Shown: positions 28,234-37,876 of the stretch, piece by piece
Layout of the letters: each line of letters opens with the position of its first letter
Position numbering within the stretch: the first letter of the stretch is position 1
Source: Promethearchaeota archaeon
GTDB lineage: Archaea; Asgardarchaeota; Lokiarchaeia; Sigyniarchaeales; SOKP01
Assembly: GCA_016930515.1 (NCBI GenBank)
Contig: JAFGGO010000106.1
Location: forward strand, 1-50,434
DNA length: 50,434 bases
Reading direction: 5' to 3'
The notes under the pieces: generated by a model
What the model was told of the DNA's origin: nothing
Database searches by the model: none
Seen by the model: only the letters and a program-made list of their open reading frames with translations
Program-made: the position numbers and the translations under genes

Positions 28234-29457
28234 ATGAAGAACGCTATATTTCTTCCCGACTACAACATGATTCTCATCAGATACAACGAAATTTGGTTAA
28301 AATCAAGTAAAGTAAAGATGAGAATGTTAAATACTCTCATGAAAAACATCAAGAACATGCTCACGCATGCGAAAATCCCGTTTCATAAATATCAACTAAG
28401 TAAAGATACATCTAGGATCTTTTTTTTTTTCAAGAATCAGGACATTCCTAAAGCCGTTACTGTTTTAAAAAAAGTAGTGGGCATTTACTCCTTCAGTCCT
28501 GCATTAAGAACCTCGAGTTCCATGAAAAACATCTCAGAAAAATCCGTCCACGTTGCTCGTCAAATTATTAATAAAGGTGACAATTTTGCCTTAAACATCA
28601 AGCGTTCTGGAAATCACGATTATAGCTCGAAAGATGTTGCGATGGAAGTTGGAAAAGACATAGTAGAAAATTTTAAGTCTTCGGGATTTGATCTCAGAGT
28701 TAACCTCTCGAATCCAGACAAGACTATTTTCGTTGAAATTAGGGAAGATTTTTCATACGTGTTTACGGACGTGTTTAAAAGCGATTGGGGGGGACTTCCT
28801 ATTGAGACTAGTAAAAAGATTGCGGTCATGGATGTTGGAAGGCCAGGGGACTTGCTAGCGGGATTCTTGCTTTTAAGAAGAGGCTCGACCATTTTTCCTA
28901 TTTTATTTGACATGATGGAGGAAGACGCTGATTTCTATAAATGGAAAACTAATTGGTCCGTAGTTAATAATTTCACGCCTTTCTCCACTTTATCTCTGTG
29001 GAGAGTTAAGTTTAAAAAAGCCTTGAAATTTATAAAAGATTGCGTTGCGGAAAGAAATGTGTGCGGTGCTTGTAGGATGCTCCGATTTGCCACGATAGCT
29101 AGTGTCCTTAATATGGAGGAAGAAAAGAGTCTGAACGATGTGAGGGCTTTAACGGATGGTTTTGACCTAAATAAATCCCCACCTTGTCCTGATCAAATAG
29201 ATTTATTATCTCTTTCGCTTAGTCCATTTTTTTCTGAACGACCGATTTTTACCCCTAACATAGGTTTGGACGAGGAAACCATCAAAACTTACATTTTAAA
29301 AATCAATAAAAACATGCATGAGTTGGATTATTGCCCTTTAAAACCCCAAAATCAAGAATTTAACCCCGATGCTCTTGAAGAATTTCGGATATCTTCTGAT
29401 TTTAATAGTTGCGTTCAAGAATTGATGAGGAATGTTGAGAAGATATTTATAAAATGA
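28234..29457 (+). CDS. thiI: THUMP-domain ThiI-like tRNA sulfurtransferase with atypical PP-loop
   Basis: ILIRYNEIWLKS, THUMP domain, VNLSNPD, GGLP, CGAC. Confidence 0.7.
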   Translation: MKNAIFLPDYNMILIRYNEIWLKSSKVKMRMLNTLMKNIKNMLTHAKIPFHKYQLSKDTSRIFFFFKNQDIPKAVTVLKKVVGIYSFSPALRTSSSMKNISEKSVHVARQIINKGDNFALNIKRSGNHDYSSKDVAMEVGKDIVENFKSSGFDLRVNLSNPDKTIFVEIREDFSYVFTDVFKSDWGGLPIETSKKIAVMDVGRPGDLLAGFLLLRRGSTIFPILFDMMEEDADFYKWKTNWSVVNNFTPFSTLSLWRVKFKKALKFIKDCVAERNVCGACRMLRFATIASVLNMEEEKSLNDVRALTDGFDLNKSPPCPDQIDLLSLSLSPFFSERPIFTPNIGLDEETIKTYILKINKNMHELDYCPLKPQNQEFNPDALEEFRISSDFNSCVQELMRNVEKIFIK

Positions 29458-29482
29458 TAAAAGCTCTTAACATAGGATCTTT

Positions 29483-29764
29483 ATGGTAAAAATAGAATTA
29501 AACTTGCTCAACATTTTCCAGCTCAAGGTTGGGAAAAGAGCAATAATTTACGAGGGAGACACCGTACAAGACGTGATCAGTAAATTTTTGAATCAATACG
29601 GAGAACATCTCGACGCCCAGATATTGAGCAATGATAAAAAAAGGCTTGGCAAACAAATGGTAATAATCCTTAACGGGCGTAATATAGACCACCTTCAAGG
29701 ATACGATACTAGATTAAAAGTGGGGGATATGCTCTACATTTCTGCACAATTAGCTGGGGGATAG
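29483..29764 (+). CDS. Ubiquitin-like beta-grasp protein (SAMP/MoaD/Urm1 family)
   Basis: ILNGRNI..L.G.DT.LK.GD and C-terminal LAGG. Confidence 0.9.
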   Translation: MVKIELNLLNIFQLKVGKRAIIYEGDTVQDVISKFLNQYGEHLDAQILSNDKKRLGKQMVIILNGRNIDHLQGYDTRLKVGDMLYISAQLAGG

Positions 29765-29878
29765 CGATCTCTCGATCTTAATTCTAACTTGGATTGCATG
29801 AAATAATTTATAAATGTCCAATATTATAATATTTTTAATAATTTCATATTAGTTTGTAATATTATGGAATGAAACATC

Positions 29879-30814
29879 ATGACGAGTAAAATCATATTTC
29901 TTGGATTAGACAACGCCGGTAAAACAAGCATTATCACCGCTATTTCAAAACGTTTTGGATTCGAAGAGGAAGTCATGAATTTAATCCCCACGAGAAGGAT
30001 CGATAGGGACACATTTTCTTTCTTGGGCTTGGAATTCTTGCGTTTTGACATGGGCGGGCAAGAACAATACAGGGACGATTACTTGAAAAATCCTTCCAAG
30101 TATTTCACGGGAACGGATTTGATATTTTACGTCATTGACGCCCAAGATTACGACAGGTACATAGAATCTATTGATTATCTTGACCAAGTTTTGCTTTTCT
30201 TCAAAGAAGCCCAAGAAAACCCTCCAGTCGCAATTTTATTTCATAAGTTCGACCCCCAACTCACGAACGAAAAAGAGATCAACCAAAAGATCCTCACTCT
30301 CAAGCAAGCACTCACCAAATATTCCCGAGAATTTGATATCTTTTTCTTTGAAACGAGTATTTACGATATCAAAACCATCATGGACAGTTTCTCTAGCGGT
30401 TTATCGCTTTTGTTCGATAAAATGGAGATGGTCTCGCACCTTTTTTCAGAAATCAGCAAGAATTACAACGCTCTTTTGATTTCGCTCTTTGATTCAAAGG
30501 GAATAACGATTGGCGAGTATTATAGGCCCCATCTACATTTAAACGAGAAATTGAAGATATACGATCTTTACATCGAAGCACAACGGAGAATTATCGAAGA
30601 AAACCGGGACATGTACGAGTTTTCCGACAAATTCGACAATGGAAACCGTTTTTCAGGCGTCGTTGAGGCCTTAACCTTTGGAAACATGCATTTTTACTTG
30701 CTCTTCATCATCGAGGAGGACGAATCAGATCTAGGAAAAACCATTACCATACTTGATAAGATCGAAGCAGCCAAGCCTCAAATGGAGAATATAATTCTGC
30801 AAATTATTCAATAG
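29879..30814 (+). CDS. Rag/Arf-like small GTPase with C-terminal roadblock-like domain
   Basis: GLDNAGKT, DMGGQ, HKFD, ETSIYD; C-terminal ALLISLFDSKGITIGEY. Confidence 0.85.
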   Translation: MTSKIIFLGLDNAGKTSIITAISKRFGFEEEVMNLIPTRRIDRDTFSFLGLEFLRFDMGGQEQYRDDYLKNPSKYFTGTDLIFYVIDAQDYDRYIESIDYLDQVLLFFKEAQENPPVAILFHKFDPQLTNEKEINQKILTLKQALTKYSREFDIFFFETSIYDIKTIMDSFSSGLSLLFDKMEMVSHLFSEISKNYNALLISLFDSKGITIGEYYRPHLHLNEKLKIYDLYIEAQRRIIEENRDMYEFSDKFDNGNRFSGVVEALTFGNMHFYLLFIIEEDESDLGKTITILDKIEAAKPQMENIILQIIQ

Positions 30815-30923
30815 TATATGCAATTATCCTTCCTTTTTTCATTGTATCAACTATTCTCTTTTCATTTTATAATAATCAAGAGATTTTAATGCCTTAACTG
30901 TGCGAAATTATTTATTAAACAAG

Positions 30924-31027
30924 CGCAGATGGAGGGATTTGAACCCCCGCGCGCTTACGCGCACCAGCTTGCTCGAATAACAGAAAGAGTTCTCGAGGCT
31001 GGCGTCTTACCACTAGGCTACATCTGC
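30924..31027 (-). tRNA. tRNA-Ser(CGA) with 22-nt intron at canonical position 37/38
   Basis: Acceptor GCAGATG/CATCTGC plus G73; anticodon stem CCAGC/GCTGG with loop CT-CGA-G^A; long variable arm; GTTCAAATC T-loop; intron 30970..30991; CCA not encoded. Confidence 0.92.
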
Positions 31028-31147
31028 AAAAAATAGAAATAATAATTCCTTGTTAAGTTAAATTTAGCATGAAAAATTTAAATTGTTTTCTTTTCGTGAT
31101 TATACTTTCGAAAAGTGGTTTCCCTTTATTTCGTTTGAAGGAAACGC

Positions 31148-31447
31148 TTAAGTTGGCACATATATTTTGATTTTCAGCGAGGGATCCAATAATTTAATCG
31201 ATCCTTCGTCTAAATATTGTTTTAACAACAAGTTTATCGCAGACACTCGAATTTCGTACTTGAGTGCGATATCCGTGGCGAGAATCGCTTTCTTTTTCAA
31301 GATAAACTCTTTTATGTCTTTTTCAAGCGATTTTGGAATGAACGCGTCCCGTTCGACGATGTCAATCTTTTTCGCCCTTCCGTACTTCTTCTTCAGATTA
31401 ACAGATGCCTTCCTGACTAATAATTTCTCTTCCTTTTCGGACAACAC
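31148..31447 (-). CDS. rps25e: Ribosomal protein eS25-like
   Basis: Basic N-terminus plus winged helix (ILATDIALKYEIRVSAINLLLKQYLDEGSIKLL...KIYVP). Confidence 0.7.
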   Translation of the reverse strand: MLSEKEEKLLVRKASVNLKKKYGRAKKIDIVERDAFIPKSLEKDIKEFILKKKAILATDIALKYEIRVSAINLLLKQYLDEGSIKLLDPSLKIKIYVPT

Positions 31448-31602
31448 TAACCACGACTTTCGAGCGTTTTTTTTTGAAAACTAATAAGGTTTGAATTTAT
31501 AAATAAACGAAATTTAATAAAATTTGTGGTTTGAAGAAGAAGGAACCTTCAAATTTCGGAATTCTATATTTTAATATTAAATCTATATGTGGTTAATAAG
31601 AA

Positions 31603-32238
31603 GTGGACGACGATTATCTTTTTAATGTGAAAAAAAAGCGCCCTGAAGATTCGTACGAGCATGTTTCCGATTATTTCAAGGGAGAAACACTTACGCAATA
31701 TGCTAACTCAAAAAGCGTCATGCGAACGCAAGAAAAAATTACAATTAGGGCCCTTGAACTTCTAGATTTGAAGCAGAAGCGCGCATTCATTCTAGATGCT
31801 GGTTGTGGTCCTGGTTTTGTGGGCATGTATCTTAAAGAAATAGGATTCAATGTTGTAGCAATTGACCTCTTATCGGATTTTTTGACTTATTATAACATTA
31901 GCGAGCTTAATCCCGTCCAAGCCGACATGTGTTTTCCTCCTTTTAGAGAAGCCAGCTTCGATGCTATAATTTCAATTTCAGCGCTACAGTGGATTTTTAG
32001 TGATCTATCCAATCCAAATACGCAGCATTCCATGAAATATTTAATATCTGCTTTTTATAGAATTCTTAAACCAAATTCTAAAATCGTTTTTCAATTTTAT
32101 CCCAAAAGTAATAATTTTTTAGACGAACTTGGTCGTATTATTAAACAGGAATCGAGTTTCAATGGTACTTATGTGATTGATAATCCTGAAAATCCTAAAA
32201 AGCGTAAAATCTATCTTTTTTTAGAAAAAACCGAATAA
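31603..32238 (+). CDS. Class I SAM methyltransferase, Bud23/WBSCR22-like
   Basis: RPE, Q..IT.RALELL, ILDAGCG, PFR..SFDAIISISALQW, QFYP, F.G..VID.PE..K..K.YL all match the Bud23 motif order. Confidence 0.82.
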   Translation: MDDDYLFNVKKKRPEDSYEHVSDYFKGETLTQYANSKSVMRTQEKITIRALELLDLKQKRAFILDAGCGPGFVGMYLKEIGFNVVAIDLLSDFLTYYNISELNPVQADMCFPPFREASFDAIISISALQWIFSDLSNPNTQHSMKYLISAFYRILKPNSKIVFQFYPKSNNFLDELGRIIKQESSFNGTYVIDNPENPKKRKIYLFLEKTE

Positions 32239-32396
32239 AAATTCCATATTTATCAATTTTTTAGATTATATTGGGAATCTATCGTTATTACATAAGTTAT
32301 GTTCAAAAGTTTTATATATTGATTGCAACATTATAAAATAAATGTTTTTTAAAAACAATCTAAAAAAAAAACAATCTAAACCTAAAATGTGATACC

Positions 32397-35300
32397 ATGA
32401 AATATAAAAATATGAAATTAAATTCAACGATTCTAATTGGTTTAATCCTTATTAGTTCATTGCTTTCGATTTCCATGCCTACAAATTTTAATAATAAAGA
32501 AAATGAAATAAAAGACGAAGATCAATTCATTGAAGATATTTTAAACACAAACGCCATTGGAGAAGATCCGTGGTGGAATAGTTCTTTTCAATGGAGAAAA
32601 TGCTTATCAATAACTAATCCAGGAACATATAACTTAATAGATAATTGGGTATATTTAACAATCGATCTTTCGGATTCAGATTATGTTGGAAGAATCCAAT
32701 CCAATGGAATGGACTTGAGAATTGTAGAAAATGGAGTAGTTAGAGATTATTGGGTAGAAGTGAACCACCCTTCGAGTGGAATGTTAACCATTTGGTTTGA
32801 AGCGAATTCTACTGCGGGAGAAACAGATTACGACACGTACATGTATTTCGGAAACAATACGATTACGTCCAGAGGCTCAACTCATGTCTCTGAAAATCCA
32901 GGAGGTCTCATGTGGTTGAAGTTTGACGAAAGCTCCGGGACGACCGCTTCTGATTATATGGGAAATTATGATGCCACTCTCGTAGGTTCTCCCGTATTTG
33001 TCACGGACGCCGCTCAAGGGAGTCACTCGTTAGATTTTGATGGAACGGGCGATTACGGATACATTAGCAAGAGTTATAACGCCGCAAACGCCGTTCCCGA
33101 AATGACGGCTTGCGTCTGGTTTAAGACTTCATTTACTGCCCCCCCATCTAGCACTACTTACGATAGTAGCAATTGGGCCTTCCTCGATTTTGATAGATCA
33201 GAATATTGGAATTTTTACATTCGGGGAGACAATGGGAAAATAAGTTATTCAACGACATCAACATCCGGAGGGACGGACGATTTTGATAGCAACACGGATT
33301 CTTTAAACGACGGTGCTTGGCATTTTGCCTGCGTGGTCTACGACGGTAGTGATAAAATAATATATATCGGCGGCAACGAGGACGCTCGATTGCCGGCCAG
33401 TTCCGCACACAACGGCTATGGTCTCGGTACGGGAACTCTAAGGTATGGAATCATAGGAGACGGTTCTGAGGCAGATGCCTATCCACCAACGGCGACAAGC
33501 GAACGGAACGATATTTATTACGACGGTCAAATGGACGACCTGCGCTATTGGGAACGAGCACTTTCGCCAGGAGAAATTGATTGGTTAGCCAATTATTACG
33601 ACATGTCAATCACACCTTTATCCTTAACTGAAAAATCCGCCACCGTTACTGTTGTCGTGAAAGATATTGACGGCAGGCGAGTTCCTGGAGCAGAAGTTCA
33701 GCTCTGGAACGGTTCAGAAGTCGTGAACGTCTCCGGATTTACCTCGTTAACGACTGATTCGAACGGAGAAGTCGAATTCTCGGGTGTTTCCTTTGGATCT
33801 TATAACATGACAGTAAATTACACGATCTCGTACGACTCAACGGTTTGGGAAGAAATCGTTTACGATAGTAGGACGATAACGGGAGGAGAATTCAGCTTTG
33901 TGGGATTAATCGTAACTGAAACAATACACGCTAATTTATGGACGATCGATTTTGATATCAACGACTTGGACGGCGATCCCTTGTACTTGGGATACATTGT
34001 CGTTAATTCAAGCGATGTAGTAATGGCAAACCTCACGCTCAACTCGGCGGGAACGGCGCAATTCCGTTGGTTGTACAATTCGGAGGGATATAACTACAGC
34101 ATATATTACTTCAATCGGGACATTGCGATCCAGCCGAGCACTGGAACCTTGATAAAGTGGGGAACTGCAACTTATGGTACGATATCTGAAATTTATGATG
34201 TTATATCAAATGCAGTATCTCCGTATCCAGAAACTTATGTAGTTGATAAGACAAATTTCGTACCAGGATCTAGTTTAGGAGTTTCTGGAGCTCAGAAAGC
34301 CGTAGAGATCCACCTAAATTGCGAAAATATGAACGATAACATCACAAGAATATCAACAGCATATTACCAACCTTCTGTAAACCCAAAAGATATTATTGAT
34401 GAATTTCCTGAGGCTACTTCTGCTTCAATCGAATATCTTCCATTAGACGATGGAGTTTCTGTTTATGGTTTTCAATTCATAGTTTCTGGAGAAAATTTAA
34501 CTACTTGCACGGGGACCATCACGCTCAATATAACATACACACACATGGAACAAGTTACCGTAAACCTCACGAAACTTACAATTACGGTCATTGATAATGT
34601 ATATTGGGATGCCATTCCTGGCATGGACATTCGCGTGGAAATTAACGGCACCACGGATGTAGTGGTCGACAAAGGTTTATCTTACGGATTGGAAACCGAT
34701 TCAGACGGCGTTGCTCGGGGTAAGATAAACGCAAACACGGTGTTCTGGTACAAGCAAGGTATTTATAATATATCAGTATGGCCAATACCCTCTTTGATGT
34801 ATCAAGTACTTGTCAACGACACATCAGATCCCAGCCAGATACCCCCTGGAGATCCACAATTAAACGGATATGAATTTAATCTAACATCAGCTTCGTGGAT
34901 AATTCTAGAAGCGAAAATTGATTCTGCCAATGATCAAACCCTATTCGAAGACTATACGGTTTATCGAGAATCCAACCCAGATGTGGAAATATCAAATGTT
35001 ACTTGGGGAGAAAACTTCACGGTATTTGCCAATTTGACTTATACCAACGATGGGGGCAACTCGTGGAATCCTGATGATAATGTTAACACGATAATTTATT
35101 GCACGGTAAAAAGCACGCTTGCTGGAAATCCAGTGTTATTCGTTAGAATAATGTCGTTTGATGGAGATGGTGGGTATAGTATAGAGTTTAATTCGAGTAT
35201 TTTATCTGCAGGAACATCGAGTAAATCGTATATCTTTGAACTAACAGGTAAAAAAGTGAATTATCGAAGACCCGATCCCGTTTCGTTTAGTTTAACCATC

Positions 35301-36671
35301 CTCACGCTCTCCACGGGATTAACATTGCACGAATACGACCCTAGCGACTCCACGCCCGACGAATTGCCAAAAAAACCAACGAATCAGAAATATTACACCT
35401 CGGTCTATTACGGGAGAACGCTAAACATTACCATGAGGTATTTTGACTCGAGTTCCAGTTCAACTTTAACTCCAGACACATATACATATTATTGGGAAGA
35501 CGATTCGGGAATTATGTCCGGTTCACTCGTTCAAGACCATGCTCATTCAGGGTATTGGGTTCTCTCTTTTGATAGCTCTCTATCAAGTATATCTAAAGAA
35601 TATTCTGTTCGAGTAACCATTGGACTCCAAAATCATACCAGAAAAACTAATTACGAGTTTTTCATTACGGTAAATCAAAAACACACGACACTTAACGGTT
35701 CTGCCACTCCAATCTACACTTTAAGAGAAGATGTTTGGGTAAGAGACGATAAAATAATTTACTTTGAATACAACGATTCTGACGACGATCAAAGGCTTGG
35801 ATCGTTAAACACGAATACTGTATATTGGTACAAGCAAGGCGAAAATGGTACCGACACGGTATTTCCTTCAACCGTCTTGGTTGAAACGACAGACAAATTA
35901 CACGCGCTCGATTTAAGCACGGGAGATCTATCGGTTGGGGTGTACATAATTCAGATAACGATCAGCAAGAATCAATACGAATACAAGTCTATCGCCCTGA
36001 CATTATACATTAACAAAAGACCAATTCATACGGGTTACGAAGATATCTTCAAAACGATAGATCAAGGAGCATCCTTTAGGATAACATTAAATTTAACAGA
36101 TACATCAAATAATTCCGTTCCAATTACAAATGCAATGATATACATTACAGGGTCCTTTGGGAATTTGAGCTTCACGGAAACCCAAACGCCCGGTATATAT
36201 TACCTTGACTTTCCAACATCGAGATACGACACTTTCTTCCAACCCATAACCATTAGGGGTACGATATACATGGAAAAAGAACTTCACGAAACTACAGAGA
36301 TTAGCGTTGTATTGACAATCGAAATGCCTAAAGTTGGTGGCATTCCTACATTCTATCTCATCATGATAATAGGGGCCGTGGTTGCGGTTGCAGGAAGCTT
36401 GGGAGCTTATAGATGGGTTCAATTATCGAGAATTCCAAAATTTGTCAAGAAAAACAAGGTGCTCCGAAAGACTATCAATAACAAGGGAACGATCTCGGAA
36501 TCTGACATGTATCCTCCGAAAGAGCAAGCGATAGCGAAACTCTTGGGAAACCGATGGGACAAAATTGGCATCTCTCTTGAAGATGTGCTGGGAGTTGGAC
36601 GGCAGAAAGGCAAGAAATTGCTCAATAAAGCGGAGGATTCCACTACAGACAAGGATGGAGGTGAGTCGTAA
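32397..36671 (+). CDS. Large cell-surface protein: signal peptide, DUF2341-like, LamG/ConA-like lectin, Ig-like repeats, C-terminal TM and ~80-aa cytoplasmic tail
   Basis: WWNSSFQWRK, DLRIV, YMYFGN, W.KFDESSGT.A.D, SLDFDG..DY, DGAWHF, G.MDDLRYW.RALS; many N-x-S/T sequons; TM FYLIMIIGAVVAVAGSLGAY. Confidence 0.85.
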   Translation: MKYKNMKLNSTILIGLILISSLLSISMPTNFNNKENEIKDEDQFIEDILNTNAIGEDPWWNSSFQWRKCLSITNPGTYNLIDNWVYLTIDLSDSDYVGRIQSNGMDLRIVENGVVRDYWVEVNHPSSGMLTIWFEANSTAGETDYDTYMYFGNNTITSRGSTHVSENPGGLMWLKFDESSGTTASDYMGNYDATLVGSPVFVTDAAQGSHSLDFDGTGDYGYISKSYNAANAVPEMTACVWFKTSFTAPPSSTTYDSSNWAFLDFDRSEYWNFYIRGDNGKISYSTTSTSGGTDDFDSNTDSLNDGAWHFACVVYDGSDKIIYIGGNEDARLPASSAHNGYGLGTGTLRYGIIGDGSEADAYPPTATSERNDIYYDGQMDDLRYWERALSPGEIDWLANYYDMSITPLSLTEKSATVTVVVKDIDGRRVPGAEVQLWNGSEVVNVSGFTSLTTDSNGEVEFSGVSFGSYNMTVNYTISYDSTVWEEIVYDSRTITGGEFSFVGLIVTETIHANLWTIDFDINDLDGDPLYLGYIVVNSSDVVMANLTLNSAGTAQFRWLYNSEGYNYSIYYFNRDIAIQPSTGTLIKWGTATYGTISEIYDVISNAVSPYPETYVVDKTNFVPGSSLGVSGAQKAVEIHLNCENMNDNITRISTAYYQPSVNPKDIIDEFPEATSASIEYLPLDDGVSVYGFQFIVSGENLTTCTGTITLNITYTHMEQVTVNLTKLTITVIDNVYWDAIPGMDIRVEINGTTDVVVDKGLSYGLETDSDGVARGKINANTVFWYKQGIYNISVWPIPSLMYQVLVNDTSDPSQIPPGDPQLNGYEFNLTSASWIILEAKIDSANDQTLFEDYTVYRESNPDVEISNVTWGENFTVFANLTYTNDGGNSWNPDDNVNTIIYCTVKSTLAGNPVLFVRIMSFDGDGGYSIEFNSSILSAGTSSKSYIFELTGKKVNYRRPDPVSFSLTILTLSTGLTLHEYDPSDSTPDELPKKPTNQKYYTSVYYGRTLNITMRYFDSSSSSTLTPDTYTYYWEDDSGIMSGSLVQDHAHSGYWVLSFDSSLSSISKEYSVRVTIGLQNHTRKTNYEFFITVNQKHTTLNGSATPIYTLREDVWVRDDKIIYFEYNDSDDDQRLGSLNTNTVYWYKQGENGTDTVFPSTVLVETTDKLHALDLSTGDLSVGVYIIQITISKNQYEYKSIALTLYINKRPIHTGYEDIFKTIDQGASFRITLNLTDTSNNSVPITNAMIYITGSFGNLSFTETQTPGIYYLDFPTSRYDTFFQPITIRGTIYMEKELHETTEISVVLTIEMPKVGGIPTFYLIMIIGAVVAVAGSLGAYRWVQLSRIPKFVKKNKVLRKTINNKGTISESDMYPPKEQAIAKLLGNRWDKIGISLEDVLGVGRQKGKKLLNKAEDSTTDKDGGES

Positions 36672-37813
36672 TGCCAGTGGGACTAGTTGTAATGAAATGG
36701 GACGAACGGGTTGGAACCGAAATCACCGCGAAATATCCAGACGAGATTAATGTCACGGATAAAACGCTCATGCAAGTATACAGCACGCACGAATATAGCG
36801 GCGAGTCGGGCATGATCAGCCTTATGGTAGGATCCTTGAACATCGCATCCTATTACACGGGACCAGATAAGGGATATTATATCCTCCTGCTTCTAAACCT
36901 GGACGACGACCCGGACGCTTACGAAGGCGGACTTGCAGACGCCTCGAGAGTCATCCTTCAATACATTGACAACGACACGATCGAGGACCAAATAGCGAAC
37001 CTGTTCCGCCGCATATCGGTGTATCCCACGCTGAACAACGAGCAACAGCTCGCCATCACCTACCAAGACGAAATCAAGCGCATGATCGTCAATCGTCTCA
37101 GGGAAGAAGGCGTGGTCACCAAATCTGAACTGATGGTCTGGTTAAAAGACAAGTACAAGGCGGGATTCGTCGATTTGGACGCAATCTTGATCGAACTCAT
37201 CAAGCGAGAGATAATAAAAGAGGCTTCGGTAAAAGGCATGCCTTCCGAATTAATCTTTCTCACGAACGATGTGGTAACCATCAGAACGCCACCTCTAAGC
37301 TTGATAGAAGCTCCTGCCGAGAAAGGATTACCAACTGCGCTTGCGGACGATTACATGACAGAAGTGAAAAAGTTCTTTCAATCGTATCGTCCGTCCGAAG
37401 AAGATAGCTTGAAGATGATCGAAATCTTGAACGACCCGCAAGTATACGAGACCATGAGATTGCTCAGGACCGCGATCGTCACGAAAAGTGATCTCGAAAA
37501 ACTCAAGAAGAAAGGAGTGGACGACGTGGACGATGTCCTCAAAAAACTTTGGGACGCGAAAACGATCCAAGTATTTCGGGACGACAAGAACAACGAGTAT
37601 TACGCCCTGTTAAGCGATTTCTACCTCAACCTCATCTTTCCGAAGTATATGTTCAGCGTTATAAAGAAGGACTACGAGCAAAAATCGAAGTCCAACCAAG
37701 TTCTCGTGGAGTACCTTAAAGTGCTCGAAGACGCCTACCTCACTAAGAAAGCGGGTAAGAAGAAAGCAGTGAAAAGGAAATTACCAACCATTCGATTGAA
37801 GCTAAAGAAATAA
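36671..37813 (+). CDS. Longin/uDENN-like N-terminal domain plus two winged-helix-like repeats
   Basis: GLVVMKWDERVGTEITAKYP resembles the uDENN/longin start; two wHTH-like repeats (VVTKSEL.../IVTKSDL...); TAATG overlap with the upstream gene. Confidence 0.6.
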   Translation: MPVGLVVMKWDERVGTEITAKYPDEINVTDKTLMQVYSTHEYSGESGMISLMVGSLNIASYYTGPDKGYYILLLLNLDDDPDAYEGGLADASRVILQYIDNDTIEDQIANLFRRISVYPTLNNEQQLAITYQDEIKRMIVNRLREEGVVTKSELMVWLKDKYKAGFVDLDAILIELIKREIIKEASVKGMPSELIFLTNDVVTIRTPPLSLIEAPAEKGLPTALADDYMTEVKKFFQSYRPSEEDSLKMIEILNDPQVYETMRLLRTAIVTKSDLEKLKKKGVDDVDDVLKKLWDAKTIQVFRDDKNNEYYALLSDFYLNLIFPKYMFSVIKKDYEQKSKSNQVLVEYLKVLEDAYLTKKAGKKKAVKRKLPTIRLKLKK

Positions 37814-37876
37814 TATTCATTTTTTTAAATTTTTTTATACCTTTTTTTTAATATTTTAAAGTCATATTCCAGTAGT

